Source: Squalus acanthias (Eukaryota). From it: a DNA stretch of 64,000 bases. The stretch is from positions 4,590,001 through 4,654,000 of the forward strand of contig JASTWF010000033.1 in NCBI GenBank assembly GCA_030390025.1. Direction: 5' to 3'. The stretch's first letter is position 1; every line of letters begins with the position of its first letter. Below the pieces are notes generated by a model. That model saw only the letters and a program-made list of their open reading frames with translations, was not told the origin of the DNA and made no database searches. Positions 21,901 to 36,900 of this stretch are shown here, in pieces. The position numbers and the translations under genes were made by a program.

Positions 21901-24900
21901 GAGACTGAGAGAGAGTGAGACCGAGACTGAGAGAGAGTGAGACCGAGACTGAGAGAGAGTGAGACCGAGACTGAGAGAGAGTGAGACCGAGACTGAGAGA
22001 GAGTGAGACCGAGACTGAGAGAGAGTGAGACCGAGACTGAGAGAGAGTGAGACCGAGACTGAGAGAGAGTGAGACCGAGACTGAGAGAGAGTGAGACCGA
22101 GACTGAGAGAGAGTGAGACGAGACTGAGAGAGAGTGAGACCGAGACTGAGAGAGAGTGAGACCGAGACTGAGAGAGAGTGAGACCGAGACTGAGAGAGAG
22201 TGAGACCGAGACTGAGAGAGAGTGAGACCGAGACTGAGAGAGAGTGAGACCGAGACTGAGAGAGAGTGAGACCGAGACTGAGAGAGAGTGAGACCGAGAC
22301 TGAGAGAGAGTGAGACCGAGACTGAGAGAGAGTGAGACCGAGACTGAGAGAGAGTGAGACCGAGACTGAGAGAGAGTGAGACCGAGACTGAGAGAGAGTG
22401 AGACCGAGACTGAGAGAGAGTGAGACCGAGACTGAGAGAGAGTGAGACCGAGACTGAGAGAGAGTGAGACCGAGACTGAGAGAGAGTGAGACCGAGACTG
22501 AGAGAGAGTGAGACCGAGACTGAGAGAGAGTGAGACCGAGACTGAGAGAGAGTGAGACCGAGACTGAGAGAGAGTGAGACCGAGACTGAGAGAGAGTGAG
22601 ACCGAGACTGAGAGAGAGTGAGACCGAGACTGAGAGAGAGTGAGACCGAGACTGAGAGAGAGTGAGACCGAGACTGAGAGAGAGTGAGACCGAGACTGAG
22701 AGAGAGTGAGACCGAGACTGAGAGAGAATGAGACCGAGACTGAGAGAGAGTGAGACCGAGACTGAGAGAGAATGAGACCGAGACTGAGAGAGAGTGAGAC
22801 CGAGACTGAGAGAGAGTGAGACCGAGACTGAGACAGAGTGAGACCGAGACAGTGAGAGAGAGAGACCGAGACTGAGAGAGAGTGAGACCGAGACTGTGAG
22901 AGAGTGAGACCGAGACTGAGAGTGAGAGAGAGACCAAGACAGTGAGAGAGTGAGACCGAGACTGAGAGAGAGTGAGACCGAGACAGTGAGAGAGTGAGAC
23001 CGAGACTGAGCGAGAATGAGACCGAGACGGAGAGAGAGAGAGTGAGACCGAGACTGAGAGAAAATGAGACCGAGACGGAGACAGAGTGAGAGACCGAGAC
23101 TGAGAGAGAGTGAGACCGAGACTGAGACAGAGTGAGACCGAGACTGAGTCAGAGTGAGACCGAGACTGAGACAGAGTGAGACCGAGACTGAGTCAGAGTG
23201 AGACCGAGACTGAGAGAGAGTGACAGACCGAGACTGAGAGAGAGTGAGAGACCGAGACTGAGAGAGAGTGAGACCGAGACTGAGAGAGAATGAGACCGAG
23301 ACTGAGAGAGAGTGAGACCGAGACTGAGAGAGAATGAGACCGAGACTGAGACAGAGTGAGAGACCGAGACTGAGAGAGAATGAGACCGAGACTGAGAGAG
23401 AGTGAGACCGAGACTGAGAGAGAGTGAGACCGAGACTGAGAGAGAATGAGACCGAGACTGAGAGAGAGTGAGACGAGACTGAGAGAGAGTGAGACCGAGA
23501 CTGAGAGAGAGTGAAACCGAGACTGAGAGAGAGTGAGACCGAGACTGAGAGAGAGTGAGACCGAGACTGAGAGAGAGTGAGACCGAGACTGAGAGAGAGT
23601 GAGACCGAGACTGAGAGAGAGTGAGACCGAGACTGAGAGAGAGTGAGACCGAGACTGAGAGAGAGTGAGACCGAGACTGAGAGAGAGTGAGACCGAGACT
23701 GAGAGAGAGTGAGACCGAGACTGAGAGAGAGTGAGACCGAGACTGAGAGAGAGTGAGACCGAGACTGAGAGAGAGTGAGACCGAGACTGAGAGAGAGTGA
23801 GACCGAGACTGAGAGAGAGTGAGACCGAGACTGAGAGAGAGTGAGACCGAGACTGAGAGAGAGTGAGACCGAGACTGAGAGAGAGTGAGACGAGACTGAG
23901 AGAGAGTGAGACCGAGACTGAGAGAGAGTGAGACCGAGACTGAGAGAGAGTGAGACCGAGACTGAGAGAGAGTGAGGCCGAGACTGAGAGAGAGTGAGAC
24001 GAGACTGAGAGAGAGTGAGACCGAGACTGAGAGAGAGTGAGACCGAGACTGAGAGAGAGTGAGACCGAGACTGAGAGAGTGAGACCGAGACTGAGAGAGA
24101 GTGAGACCGAGACTGAGAGAGAGTGAGACGAGACTGAGAGAGAGTGAGACCGAGACTGAGAGAGAGTGAGACCGAGACTGAGAGAGAGTGAGACCGAGAC
24201 TGAGAGAGAGTGAGACCGAGACTGAGAGAGAGTGAGACCGAGACTGAGAGAGAGTGAGAGAGAGACTGAGAGAGAGTGAGACCGAGACTGAGAGAGAGTG
24301 AGACCGAGACTGAGAGAGAGTGAGACCGAGACTGAGATTGAATGAGACCGAGACTGAGATAGAGTGAGACTGAGACTGAGAGAGAGTGAGACCGAGACTG
24401 AGAGAGAGTGAGACCGAGATTAAGAGAGAGTGAGACCGGGACTCTGATGAGAGTGAGACCGATATTGAGAGTGAGTGAGAGACGGAGACTGAGAGAGAGT
24501 GAGACCGAGATTGAGAGAGAATGAGGCCGAGACTGAGAGAGAGTGAGACCGAGACTGAGAGAGAGTGAAACCGAGATTGAGACAGAGTGAGAGACCGAGA
24601 CTGAGAGAGAGTGAGACCGAGATTAAGAGAGAGTGAGACCGGGACTCTGATGAGAGTGAGACCGAGATTGAGAGTGAGTGAGAGACGGAGACTGAGAGAG
24701 AGTGAGACCGAGACTGAGAGAGAGTGAGACCGAGACTGAGAGAGAGTGAGACCGAGACTGAGAGAGAGTGAGACCGAGACTGAGAGAGAGTGAGACCGAG
24801 ACTGAGAGAGAGTGAGACCGAGACTGAGAGAGAGTGAGACCGAGACTGAGAGAGAGTGAGACCGAGACTGAGAGAGAGTGAGACCGAGACTGAGAGAGAG

Positions 24901-27900
24901 TGAGACCGAGACTGAGAGAGAGTGAGACCGAGACTGAGAGAGAGTGAGACCGAGACTGAGAGAGAGTGAGACCGAGACTGAGAGAGAGTGAGACCGAGAC
25001 TGAGAGAGAGTGAGACCGAGACTGAGAGAGAGTGAGACCGAGACTGAGAGAGAGTGAGACCGAGACTGAGAGAGAGTGAGACCGAGACTGAGAGAGAGTG
25101 AGACCGAGACTGAGAGAGAGTGAGACCGAGACTGAGAGAGAGTGAGACCGAGACTGAGAGAGAGTGAGACCGAGACTGAGAGAGAGTGAGACCGAGACTG
25201 AGAGAGAGTGAGGCCGAGACTGAGAGAGAGTGAGACCGAGACTGAGAGAGAGTGAGACCGAGACTGAGAGAGAGTGAGACCGAGACTGAGAGAGAGTGAG
25301 ACCGAGACTGAGAGAGAGTGAGACCGAGACTGAGAGAGAGTGAGACCGAGACTGAGAGAGAGTGAGACCGAGACTGAGAGAGAATGAGACCGAGACTGAG
25401 AGAGAGTGAGACCGAGACTGAGAGAGAGTGAGACCGAGACTGAGAGAGAGTGAGACCGAGACTGAGAGAGAGTGAGACCGAGACTGAGAGAGAGTGAGAC
25501 CGAGACTGAGAGAGAGTGAGACCGAGACTGAGAGAGAGTGAGACCGAGACTGAGAGAGAGTGAGACCGAGACTGAGAGAGAGTGAGACCGAGACTGAGAG
25601 AGAGTGAGACGAGACTGAGAGAGAGTGAGACCGAGACTGAGAGAGAGTGAGACCGAGACTGAGAGAGAGAGAGACCGAGACTGAGAGAGAGTGAGACCGA
25701 GACTGAGAGAGAGTGAGACCGAGACTGAGAGAGAGTGAGACCGAGACTGAGAGAGAGTGAGACCGAGACTGAGAGAGAGTGAGACCGAGACTGAGAGAGA
25801 GTGAGACCGAGACTGAGAGAGAGTGAGACCGAGACTGAGAGAGAGTGAGACCGAGACTGAGAGAGAGTGAGACCGAGACTGAGAGAGAGTGAGACCGAGA
25901 CTGAGAGAGAGTGAGACCGAGACTGAGAGAGAGTGAGACCGAGACTGAGAGAGAGTGAGACCGAGACTGAGAGAGAGTGAGACCGAGACTGAGAGAGAGT
26001 GAGACCGAGACTGAGAGAGAGTGAGACCGAGACTGAGAGAGAGTGAGACCGAGACTGAGAGAGAGTGAGACCGAGACTGAGAGAGAGTGAGACCGAGACT
26101 GAGAGAGAGTGAGACCGAGACTGAGAGAGAGTGAGACCGAGACTGAGAGAGAGTGAGACCGAGACTGAGAGAGAGTGAGACCGAGACTGAGAGAGAGTGA
26201 GACCGAGACTGAGAGAGAGTGAGACCGAGACTGAGAGAGAGTGAGACCGAGACTGAGAGAGAGTGAGACCGAGACTGAGAGAGAGTGAGACCGAGACTGA
26301 GAGAGAGTGAGACCGAGACTGAGAGAGAGTGAGACCGAGACTGAGAGAGAGTGAGACCGAGACTGAGAGAGAGTGAGACCGAGACTGAGAGAGAGTGAGA
26401 CCGAGACTGAGAGAGAGTGAGACCGAGACTGAGAGAGAGTGAGACCGAGACTGAGAGAGAGTGAGACCGAGACTGAGAGAGAGTGAGACCGAGACTGAGA
26501 GAGAGTGAGACCGAGACTGAGAGAGAGTGAGACCGAGACTGAGAGAGAGTGAGACCGAGACTGAGAGAGAGTGAGACCGAGACTGAGAGAGAGTGAGACC
26601 GAGACTGAGAGAGAGTGAGACCGAGACTGAGAGAGAGTGAGACCGAGACTGAGAGAGAGTGAGACCGAGACTGAGAGAGAGTGAGACCGAAATTAAGACA
26701 GAGTGAGACCGGGACTCTGATGAGAGTGAGACCGAGATTGAGACAGAGTGAGACCGAAACTGAGAGAGAGTGAGACCGAGATTAAGACAGAGTGAGACCG
26801 GGACTCTGATGAGAGTGAGACCGAGATTGAGACAGAGTGAGACCGAGACTGAGAGAAAATGAGACCGAGACTGAGAGAGAGTGAGACCGAGACTGAGAGA
26901 GAGTGAGACCGAGACTGAGACAGAGTGAGACCGGGACTCTGATGAGAGTGAGACCGAGATTGAGACAGAGTGAGACCGAAACTGAGAGAGAGTGAGACCG
27001 AGATTAAGACAGAGTGAGACCGAGACAGAGAGAGAGTGAGACCGAGACTGAGAGAGAGTGAGACCGAGATTGAGACAGAGTGAGACCGAGACAGAGAGAG
27101 AGTGAGACCGAGATTGAGAGAGAATGAGACAGAGATTAAGACAGAGTGAGACCGAGACTGAGAGAGAGTGAGACCGAGACTGAGAGAGAGTGAGACCGAG
27201 ACTGAGAGAGAGTGAGACCGAGACTGAGAGAGAGTGAGACCGAGACTGAGAGAGAGTGAGACCGAGACTGAGAGAGAGTGAGACCGAGACTGAGAGAGAG
27301 TGAGACCGAGACTGAGAGAGAGTGAGACCGAGACTGAGAGAGAGTGAGACCGAGACTGAGAGAGAGTGAGACCGAGACTGAGAGAGAGTGAGACCGAGAC
27401 TGAGAGAGAGTGAGACCGAGACTGAGAGAGAGTGAGACCGAGACTGAGAGAGAGTGAGACCGAGACTGAGAGAGAGTGAGACCGAGACTGAGAGAGAGTG
27501 AGACCGAGACTGAGAGAGAGTGAGACCGAGACTGAGAGAGAGTGAGACCGAGACTGAGAGAGAGTGAGACCGAGACTGAGAGAGAGTGAGACCGAGACTG
27601 AGAGAGAGTGAGACCGAGACTGAGAGAGAGTGAGACCGAGACTGAGAGAGAGTGAGACCGAGACTGAGAGAGAGTGAGACCGAGACTGAGAGAGAGTGAG
27701 ACCGAGACTGAGAGAGAGTGAGACCGAGACTGAGAGAGAGTGAGACCGAGACTGAGAGAGAGTGAGACCGAGACTGAGAGAGAGTGAGACCGAGACTGAG
27801 AGAGAGTGAGACCGAGACTGAGAGAGAGTGAGACCGAGACTGAGAGAGAGTGAGACCGAGACTGAGAGAGAGTGAGACCGAGACTGAGAGAGAGTGAGAC

Positions 27901-30900
27901 CGAGACTGAGAGAGAGTGAGACCGAGACTGAGAGAGAGTGAGACCGAGACTGAGAGAGAGTGAGACCGAGACTGAGAGAGAGTGAGACCGAGACTGAGAG
28001 AGAGTGAGACCGAGACTGAGAGAGAGTGAGACCGAGACTGAGAGAGAGTGAGACCGAGACTGAGAGAGAGTGAGACCGAGACTGAGAGAGAGTGAGACCG
28101 AGACTGAGAGAGAGTGAGACCGAGACTGAGAGAGAGTGAGACCGAGACTGAGAGAGAGTGAGACCGAGACTGAGAGAGAGTGAGACCGAGACTGAGAGAG
28201 AGTGAGACCGAGACTGAGAGAGAGTGAGACCGAGACTGAGAGAGAGTGAGACCGAGACTGAGAGAGAGTGAGACCGAGACTGAGAGAGAGTGAGACCGAG
28301 ACTGAGAGAGAGTGAGACCGAGACTGAGAGAGAGTGAGACCGAGACTGAGAGAGAGTGAGACCGAGACTGAGAGAGAGTGAGACCGAGACTGAGAGAGAG
28401 TGAGACCGAGACTGAGAGAGAGTGAGACCGAGACTGAGAGAGAGTGAGACCGAGACTGAGAGAGAGTGAGACCGAGACTGAGAGAGAGTGAGACCGAGAC
28501 TGAGAGAGAGTGAGACCGAGACTGAGAGAGAGTGAGACCGAGACTGAGAGAGAGTGAGACCGAGACTGAGAGAGAGTGAGACCGAGACTGAGAGAGAGTG
28601 AGACCGAGACTGAGAGAGAGTGAGACCGAGACTGAGAGAGAGTGAGACCGAGACTGAGAGAGAGTGAGACCGAGACTGAGAGAAAATGAGACCGAGACGG
28701 AGACAGAGTGAGGCCGAGACTGAGAGAGATGAAACCGAGACTGAGAGAGAGTGAGACCGAGACTGAGAGAGATTGAGACCGAGACTGAGAGAGAGTGAGA
28801 CCGAGACTGAGAGAGAATGAGACCGAGACTGAGAGAGAGTGAGACCGAGACTGAGAGAGAGTGAGACCGAGACTGAAGACAGAGTGAGACCGAGACACTG
28901 ATGAGAGTGAGACCGAGATTGAGAGTGAGTGAGAGACCGAGACTGAGATAGAGTGAGACCGAGACACTGATGAGAGTGAGACCGAGATTGAGAGTGAGTG
29001 AGAGACCGAAACTGAGAGAGAGTGAGAACGAGACTGAGAGAGAGTGAGACCGAGATTGAGACAGAGTGAGACCGAGACTGAGAGAGAGAGAGAGAGAGAC
29101 TGAGACAGAATGAGACCGAGATTAGAGAGAGTGAGACCGAGACTGAGAGTGAGAGAGAGACCGAGACTGAGAGAGAGTGAGACCGAGACTGAGAGAGAGT
29201 GAGACCGAGACTGAGAGAGAGTGAGACCGAGACTGAGAGAGAGTGAGACCGAGACTGAGAGAGAGTGAGACCGAGACTGAGAGAGAGTGAGACCGAGACT
29301 GAGAGAGAGTGAGACCGAGACTGAGAGAGAGTGAGACCGAGACTGAGAGAGAGTGAGACCGAGACTGAGAGAGAGTGAGACCGAGACTGAGAGAGAGTGA
29401 GACCGAGACTGAGAGAGAGTGAGACCGAGACTGAGAGAGAGTGAGACCGAGACTGAGAGAGAGTGAGACCGAGACTGAGAGAGAGTGAGACCGAGACTGA
29501 GAGAGAGTGAGACCGAGACTGAGAGAGAGTGAGACCGAGACTGAGAGAGAGTGAGACCGAGACTGAGAGAGAGTGAGACCGAGACTGAGAGAGAGTGAGA
29601 CCGAGACTGAGAGAGAGTGAGACCGAGACTGAGAGAGAGTGAGACCGAGACTGAGAGAGAGTGAGACCGAGACTGAGAGAGAGTGAGACCGAGACTGAGA
29701 GAGAGTGAGACCGAGACTGAGAGAGAGTGAGACCGAGACTGAGAGAGAGTGAGACCGAGACTGAGAGAGAGTGAGACCGAGACTGAGAGAGAGTGAGACC
29801 GAGACTGAGAGAGAGTGAGACCGAGACTGAGAGAGAGTGAGACCGAGACTGAGAGAGAGTGAGACCGAGACTGAGAGAGAGTGAGACCGAGACTGAGAGA
29901 GAGTGAGACCGAGACTGAGAGAGAGTGAGACCGAGACTGAGAGAGAGTGAGACCGAGACTGAGAGAGAGTGAGACCGAGACTGAGAGAGAGTGAGACCGA
30001 GACTGAGAGAGAGTGAGACCGAGACTGAGAGAGAGTGAGACCGAGACTGAGAGAGAGTGAGACCGAGACTGAGAGAGAGTGAGACCGAGACTGAGAGAGA
30101 GTGAGACCGAGACTGAGAGAGAGTGAGACCGAGACTGAGAGAGAGTGAGACCGAGACTGAGAGAGAGTGAGACCGAGACTGAGAGAGAGTGAGACCGAGA
30201 CTGAGAGAGAGTGAGACCGAGACTGAGAGAGAGTGAGACCGAGACTGAGAGAGTGAGACCGAGACTGAGAGAGAGTGAGACCGAGACTGAGAGAGAGTGA
30301 GACCGAGACTGAGAGAGAGTGAGACCGAGACTGAGAGAGAGTGAGACCGAGACTGAGAGAGAGTGAGACCGAGACTGAGAGAGAGTGAGACCGAGACTGA
30401 GAGAGAGTGAGACCGAGACTGAGAGAGAGTGAGACCGAGACTGAGAGAGAGTGAGACCGAGACTGAGAGAGAGTGAGACCGAGACTGAGAGAGAGTGAGA
30501 CCGAGACTGAGAGAGAGTGAGACCGAGACTGAGAGAGAGTGAGACCGAGACTGAGAGAGAGTGAGACCGAGACTGAGAGAGAGTGAGACCGAGACTGAGA
30601 GAGAGTGAGACCGAGACTGAGAGAGAGTGAGACCGAGACTGAGAGAGAGTGAGACCGAGACTGAGAGAGAGTGAGACCGAGACTGAGAGAGAGTGAGACC
30701 GAGACTGAGAGAGAGTGAGACCGAGACTGAGAGAGAGTGAGACCGAGACTGAGAGAGAGTGAGACCGAGACTGAGAGAGAGTGAGACCGAGACTGAGAGA
30801 GAGTGAGACCGAGACTGAGAGAGAGTGAGACCGAGACTGAGAGAGAGTGAGACCGAGACTGAGAGAGAGTGAGACCGAGACTGAGAGAGAGTGAGACCGA

Positions 30901-33900
30901 GACTGAGAGAGAGTGAGACCGAGACTGAGAGAGAGTGAGACCGAGACTGAGAGAGAGTGAGACCGAGACTGAGAGAGAGTGAGACCGAGACTGAGAGAGA
31001 GTGAGACCGAGACTGAGAGAGAGTGAGACCGAGACTGAGAGAGAGTGAGACCGAGACTGAGAGAGAGTGAGACCGAGACTGAGAGAGAGTGAGACCGAGA
31101 CTGAGAGAGAGTGAGACCGAGACTGAGAGAGAGTGAGACCGAGACTGAGAGAGAGTGAGACCGAGACTGAGAGAGAGTGAGACCGAGACTGAGAGAGAGT
31201 GAGACCGAGACTGAGAGAGAGTGAGACCGAGACTGAGAGAGAGTGAGACCGAGACTGAGAGAGAGTGAGACCGAGACTGAGAGAGTGAGACCGAGACTGA
31301 GAGAGAGTGAGACCGAGACTGAGAGAGAGTGAGACCGAGACTGAGAGAGAGTGAGACCGAGACTGAGAGAGAGTGAGACCGAGACTGAGAGAGAGTGAGA
31401 CCGAGACTGAGAGAGAGTGAGACCGAGACTGAGAGAGAGTGAGACCGAGACTGAGAGAGAGTGAGACCGAGACTGAGAGAGAGTGAGACCGAGACTGAGA
31501 GAGAGTGAGACCGAGACTGAGAGAGAGTGAGACCGAGACTGAGAGAGAGTGAGACCGAGACTGAGAGAGAGTGAGACCGAGACTGAGAGAGAGTGAGACC
31601 GAGACTGAGAGAGAGTGAGACCGAGACTGAGAGAGAGTGAGACCGAGACTGAGAGAGAGTGAGACCGAGACTGAGAGAGAGTGAGACCGAGACTGAGAGA
31701 GAGTGAGACCGAGACTGAGAGAGAGTGAGACCGAGACTGAGAGAGAGTGAGACCGAGACTGAGAGAGAGTGAGACCGAGACTGAGAGAGAGTGAGACCGA
31801 GACTGAGAGAGAGTGAGACCGAGACTGAGAGAGAGTGAGACCGAGACTGAGAGAGAGTGAGACCGAGACTGAGAGAGAGTGAGACCGAGACTGAGAGAGA
31901 GTGAGACCGAGACTGAGAGAGAGTGAGACCGAGACTGAGAGAGAGTGAGACCGAGACTGAGAGAGAGTGAGACCGAGACTGAGAGAGAGTGAGACCGAGA
32001 CTGAGAGAGAGTGAGACCGAGACTGAGAGAGAGTGAGACCGAGACTGAGAGAGAGTGAGACCGAGACTGAGAGAGAGTGAGACCGAGACTGAGAGAGAGT
32101 GAGACCGAGACTGAGAGAGAGTGAGACCGAGACTGAGAGAGAGTGAGACCGAGACTGAGAGAGAGTGAGACCGAGACTGAGAGAGAGTGAGACCGAGACT
32201 GAGAGAGAGTGAGACCGAGACTGAGAGAGAGTGAGACCGAGACTGAGAGAGAGTGAGACCGAGACTGAGAGAGAGTGAGACCGAGACTGAGAGAGAGTGA
32301 GACCGAGACTGAGAGAGAGTGAGACCGAGACTGAGAGAGAGTGAGACCGAGACTGAGAGAGAGTGAGACCGAGACTGAGAGAGAGTGAGACCGAGACTGA
32401 GAGAGAGTGAGACCGAGACTGAGAGAGAGTGAGACCGAGACTGAGAGAGAGTGAGACCGAGACTGAGAGAGAGTGAGACCGAGACTGAGAGAGAGTGAGA
32501 CCGAGACTGAGAGAGAGTGAGACCGAGACTGAGAGAGAGTGAGACCGAGACTGAGAGAGAGTGAGACCGAGACTGAGAGAGAGTGAGACCGAGACTGAGA
32601 GAGAGTGAGACCGAGACTGAGAGAGAGTGAGACCGAGACTGAGAGAGAGTGAGACCGAGACTGAGAGAGAGTGAGACCGAGACTGAGAGAGAGTGAGACC
32701 GAGACTGAGAGAGAGTGAGACCGAGACTGAGAGAGAGTGAGACCGAGACTGAGAGAGAGTGAGACCGAGACTGAGAGAGAGTGAGACCGAGACTGAGAGA
32801 GAGTGAGACCGAGACTGAGAGAGAGTGAGACCGAGACTGAGAGAGAGTGAGACCGAGACTGAGAGAGAGTGAGACCGAGACTGAGAGAGAGTGAGACCGA
32901 GACTGAGAGAGAGTGAGACCGAGACTGAGAGAGAGTGAGACCGAGACTGAGAGAGTGAGACCGAGACTGAGAGAGAGTGAGACCGAGACTGAGAGAGAGT
33001 GAGACCGAGACTGAGAGAGAGTGAGACCGAGACTGAGAGAGAGTGAGACCGAGACTGAGAGAGAGTGAGACCGAGACTGAGAGAGAGTGAGACCGAGACT
33101 GAGAGAGAGTGAGACCGAGACTGAGAGAGAGTGAGACCGAGACTGAGAGAGAGTGAGACCGAGACTGAGAGAGAGTGAGAGCGAGACTGAGAGAGAGTGA
33201 GACCGAGACTGAGAGAGAGTGAGACCGAGACTGAGAGAGAGTGAGACCGAGACTGAGAGAGAGTGAGACCGAGACTGAGAGAGAGTGAGACCGAGACTGA
33301 GAGAGAGTGAGACCGAGACTGAGAGAGAGTGAGACCGAGACTGAGAGAGAGTGAGACCGAGACTGAGAGAGAGTGAGACCGAGACTGAGAGAGAGTGAGA
33401 CCGAGACTGAGAGAGAGTGAGACCGAGACTGAGAGAGAGTGAGACCGAGACTGAGAGAGAGTGAGACCGAGACTGAGAGAGAGAGACCGAGACTGAGAGA
33501 GAGTGAGACCGAGACTGAGTCAGAGTGAGACCGAGACTGAGAGAGAGTGAGACCGAGACTGAGAGAGAGTGAGACCGAGACTGAGAGAGAGTGAGACCGA
33601 GACTGAGAGAGAGTGAGACCGAGACTGAGAGAGAGTGAGACCGAGACTGAGTCAGAGTGAGACCGAGCCTGAGAGAGAGTGAGACCGAGACAGAGAGAGA
33701 GTGAGACCGAGACTGAGAGAGAGTGAGACCGAGATTGAGAGAGAGTGAGACCGAGACTGAGAGAGTGAGAGACCGAGACTGAGAGAGAGTGAGAGACAGA
33801 GACTGAGAGAGAGTGAGTCCGAGACTGAGTCAGAGTGAGACCGAGACTGAGAGAGAGTGAGACCGAGACAGAGAGAGAGTGAGACCGAGACTGAGAGAGA

Positions 33901-36900
33901 GTGAGACCGAGACAGAGAGAGAGTGAGACCGAGACTGAGAGAGAGTGAGACCGAGATTGAGAGAGAGTGAGACCGAGACTGAGAGAGAGTGAGACCGAGA
34001 CTGAGAGAGAGTGAGAGACAGAGACTGAGAGAGAGTGAGTCCGAGACTGAGTCAGAGTGAGACCGAGCCTGAGAGAGAGTGAGACCGAGACAGAGAGAGA
34101 GTGAGACCGAGACTGAGAGAGAGTGAGACCGAAATTAAGACAGAGTGAGACCGGACTGAGAGAGAGTGAGACCGAGACTGAGAGAGAGTGAGACCGAGAC
34201 TGAGAGAGAGTGAGACCGAGACTGAGAGAGAGTGAGACCGAGACTGAGAGAGAGTGAGACCGAGACTGAGAGAGAGTGAGACCGAGACTGAGAGAGAGTG
34301 AGACCGAGACTGAGAGAGAGTGAGACCGAGACTGAGAGAGAGTGAGACCGAGACTGAGAGAGAGTGAGACCGAGACTGAGAGAGAGTGAGACCGAGACTG
34401 AGAGAGAGTGAGACCGAGACTGAGAGAGAGTGAGACCGAGACTGAGAGAGAGTGAGACCGAGACTGAGAGAGAGTGAGACCGAGACTGAGAGAGAGTGAG
34501 ACCGAGACTCTGAGAGAGTGAGACCGAGACTGAGAGAGAGTGAGACCGAGACTGAGAGAGAGTGAGACCGAGACTGAGAGAGAGTGAGACCGAGACTGAG
34601 AGAGAGTGAGACCGAGACTGAGAGAGAGTGAGACCGAGACTGAGAGAGAGTGAGACCGAGACAGAGAGAGAGTGAGACCGAGACTGAGAGAGAATGAGAC
34701 CGAGACTGAGAGAGAGTGAGACCGAGACTGAGAGAGAGTGAGACCGAGACTGAGAGAGAGTGAGACCGAGACTGAGAGAGAGTGAGACCGAGACTGAGAG
34801 AGAGTGAGACCGAGACTGAGAGAGAGTGAGACCGAGACTGAGAGAGAGTGAGACCGAGACTGAGAGAGAATGAGACCGAGACTGAGAGAGAGTGAGACCG
34901 AGACTGAGAGAGAGTGAGACCGAGACTGAGAGAGAGTGAGACCGAGACTGAGAGAGAGTGAGACCGAGACTGAGACAGAGTGAGAGACCGAGACTGAGAG
35001 AGAGTGAGACCGAGACTGAGAGAGAATGAGACCGAGACTGAGAGAGAGTGAGACCGAGACTGAGAGAGAGTGAGACCGAGACTGAGAGAGAGTGAGACCG
35101 AGACAGAGAGAGAGTGAGACCGAGACTGAGAGAGAGTGAGACCGAGACTGAGAGAGAGTGAGACCGAGACTGAGAGAGAGTGAGACCGAGACTGAGAGAG
35201 AGTGAGACCGAGACTGAGAGAGAGTGAGACCGAGACTGAGAGAGAGTGAGACCGAGACTGAGAGAGAGTGAGACCGAGACTGAGAGAGAGTGAGACCGAG
35301 ACTGAGAGAGAGTGAGACCGAGACTGAGAGAGAGTGAGACCGAGACTGAGAGAGAGTGAGACCGAGACTGAGAGAGAGTGAGACCGAGACTGAGAGAGAG
35401 TGAGACCGAGACTGAGAGAGAGTGAGACCGAGACTGAGAGAGAGTGAGACCGAGACTGAGAGAGAGTGAGACCGAGACTGAGAGAGAGTGAGACCGAGAC
35501 TGAGAGAGAGTGAGACCGAGACTGAGAGAGAGTGAGACCGAGACTGAGAGAGAGTGAGACCGAGACTGAGAGAGAGTGAGACCGAGACTGAGAGAGAGTG
35601 AGACCGAGACTGAGAGAGAGTGAGACCGAGACTGAGAGAGAGTGAGACCGAGACTGAGAGAGAGTGAGAACGAGTCTGAGAGAGAGTGAAACCGAGACTG
35701 AGAGAAAGTGAGACCGAGACTGAGAGAGAGTGAGACCGAGACTGAGAGAGAGTGAGGCCGAGACTGAGAGAGAGTGAGACCGAGACTGAGCGAGAGGGAG
35801 AGAGAGGCTGAGAGAGAGAGAGGCCTAGACTGAGAGAGAGTGAGTCCGAGACTGAACGAGAGTGAGACCGGGACTGAGGGAGAGGGAGACCGAGCCTGAG
35901 AGAGAGTGAGACCGAGACAGAGAGAGAGTGACACCGAGACTGAGAGAGAGTGAGACCGAAATTAAGACAGAGTGAGACCGGGACTCTGATGAGAGTGAGA
36001 CCGAGATTGAGACAGAGTGAGACCGAAACTGAGAGAGAGTGAGACCGAGATTAAGACAGAGTGAGACCGGGACTCTGATGAGAGTGAGACCGAGATTGAG
36101 ACAGAGTGAGACCGAGACTGAGAGAAAATGAGACCGAGACTGAGAGAGAGTGAGACCGAGATGAAGACAGAGTGAGACCGGGACTCTGATGAGAGTGAGA
36201 CCGAGATTGAGACAGAGTGAGACCGAAATTGAGAGAGAGTGAGACCGAGATTAAGACAGAGTGAGACCGAGACAGAGAGAGAGTGAGACCGAGACTGAGA
36301 GAGAGTGAGACCGAGATTGAGACAGAGTGAGACCGAGACTGAGAGAGAGTGAGACCGAGACTGAGAGAGAGTGAGAGACCGAGATTGAGAGAGAATGAGA
36401 CCGAGATTAAGACAGAGTGAGACCGAGACTGAGAGAGAGTGAGACCGAGACTGAGAGAGAGTGAGACCGAGACTGAGAGAGAGTGAGACCGAGACTGAGA
36501 GAGAGTGAGACCGAGACTGAGAGAGAGTGAGACCGAGACTGAGAGAGAATGAGACCGAGACTGAGAGAGAGTGAGACCGAGACTGAGAGAGAGTGAGACC
36601 GAGACTGAGAGAGAGTGAGACCGAGACTGAGAGAGAGTGAGAGACCGAGACTGAGACAGAGTGAGAGACCGAGACTGAGAGAGAGTGAGACCGAGACTGA
36701 GAGAGAATGAGACCGAGACTGAGAGAGAGTGAGACCGAGACTGAGAGAGAGTGAGACCGAGACTGAGAGAGTGAGACCGAGACAGAGAGAGAGTGAGACC
36801 GAGACTGAGAGAGAGTGAGACCGAGACTGAGAGAGAGTGAGACCGAGACTGAGTCAGAGTGAGAGACCGAGACTGAGAGAGAGTGAGACCGAGACTGAGT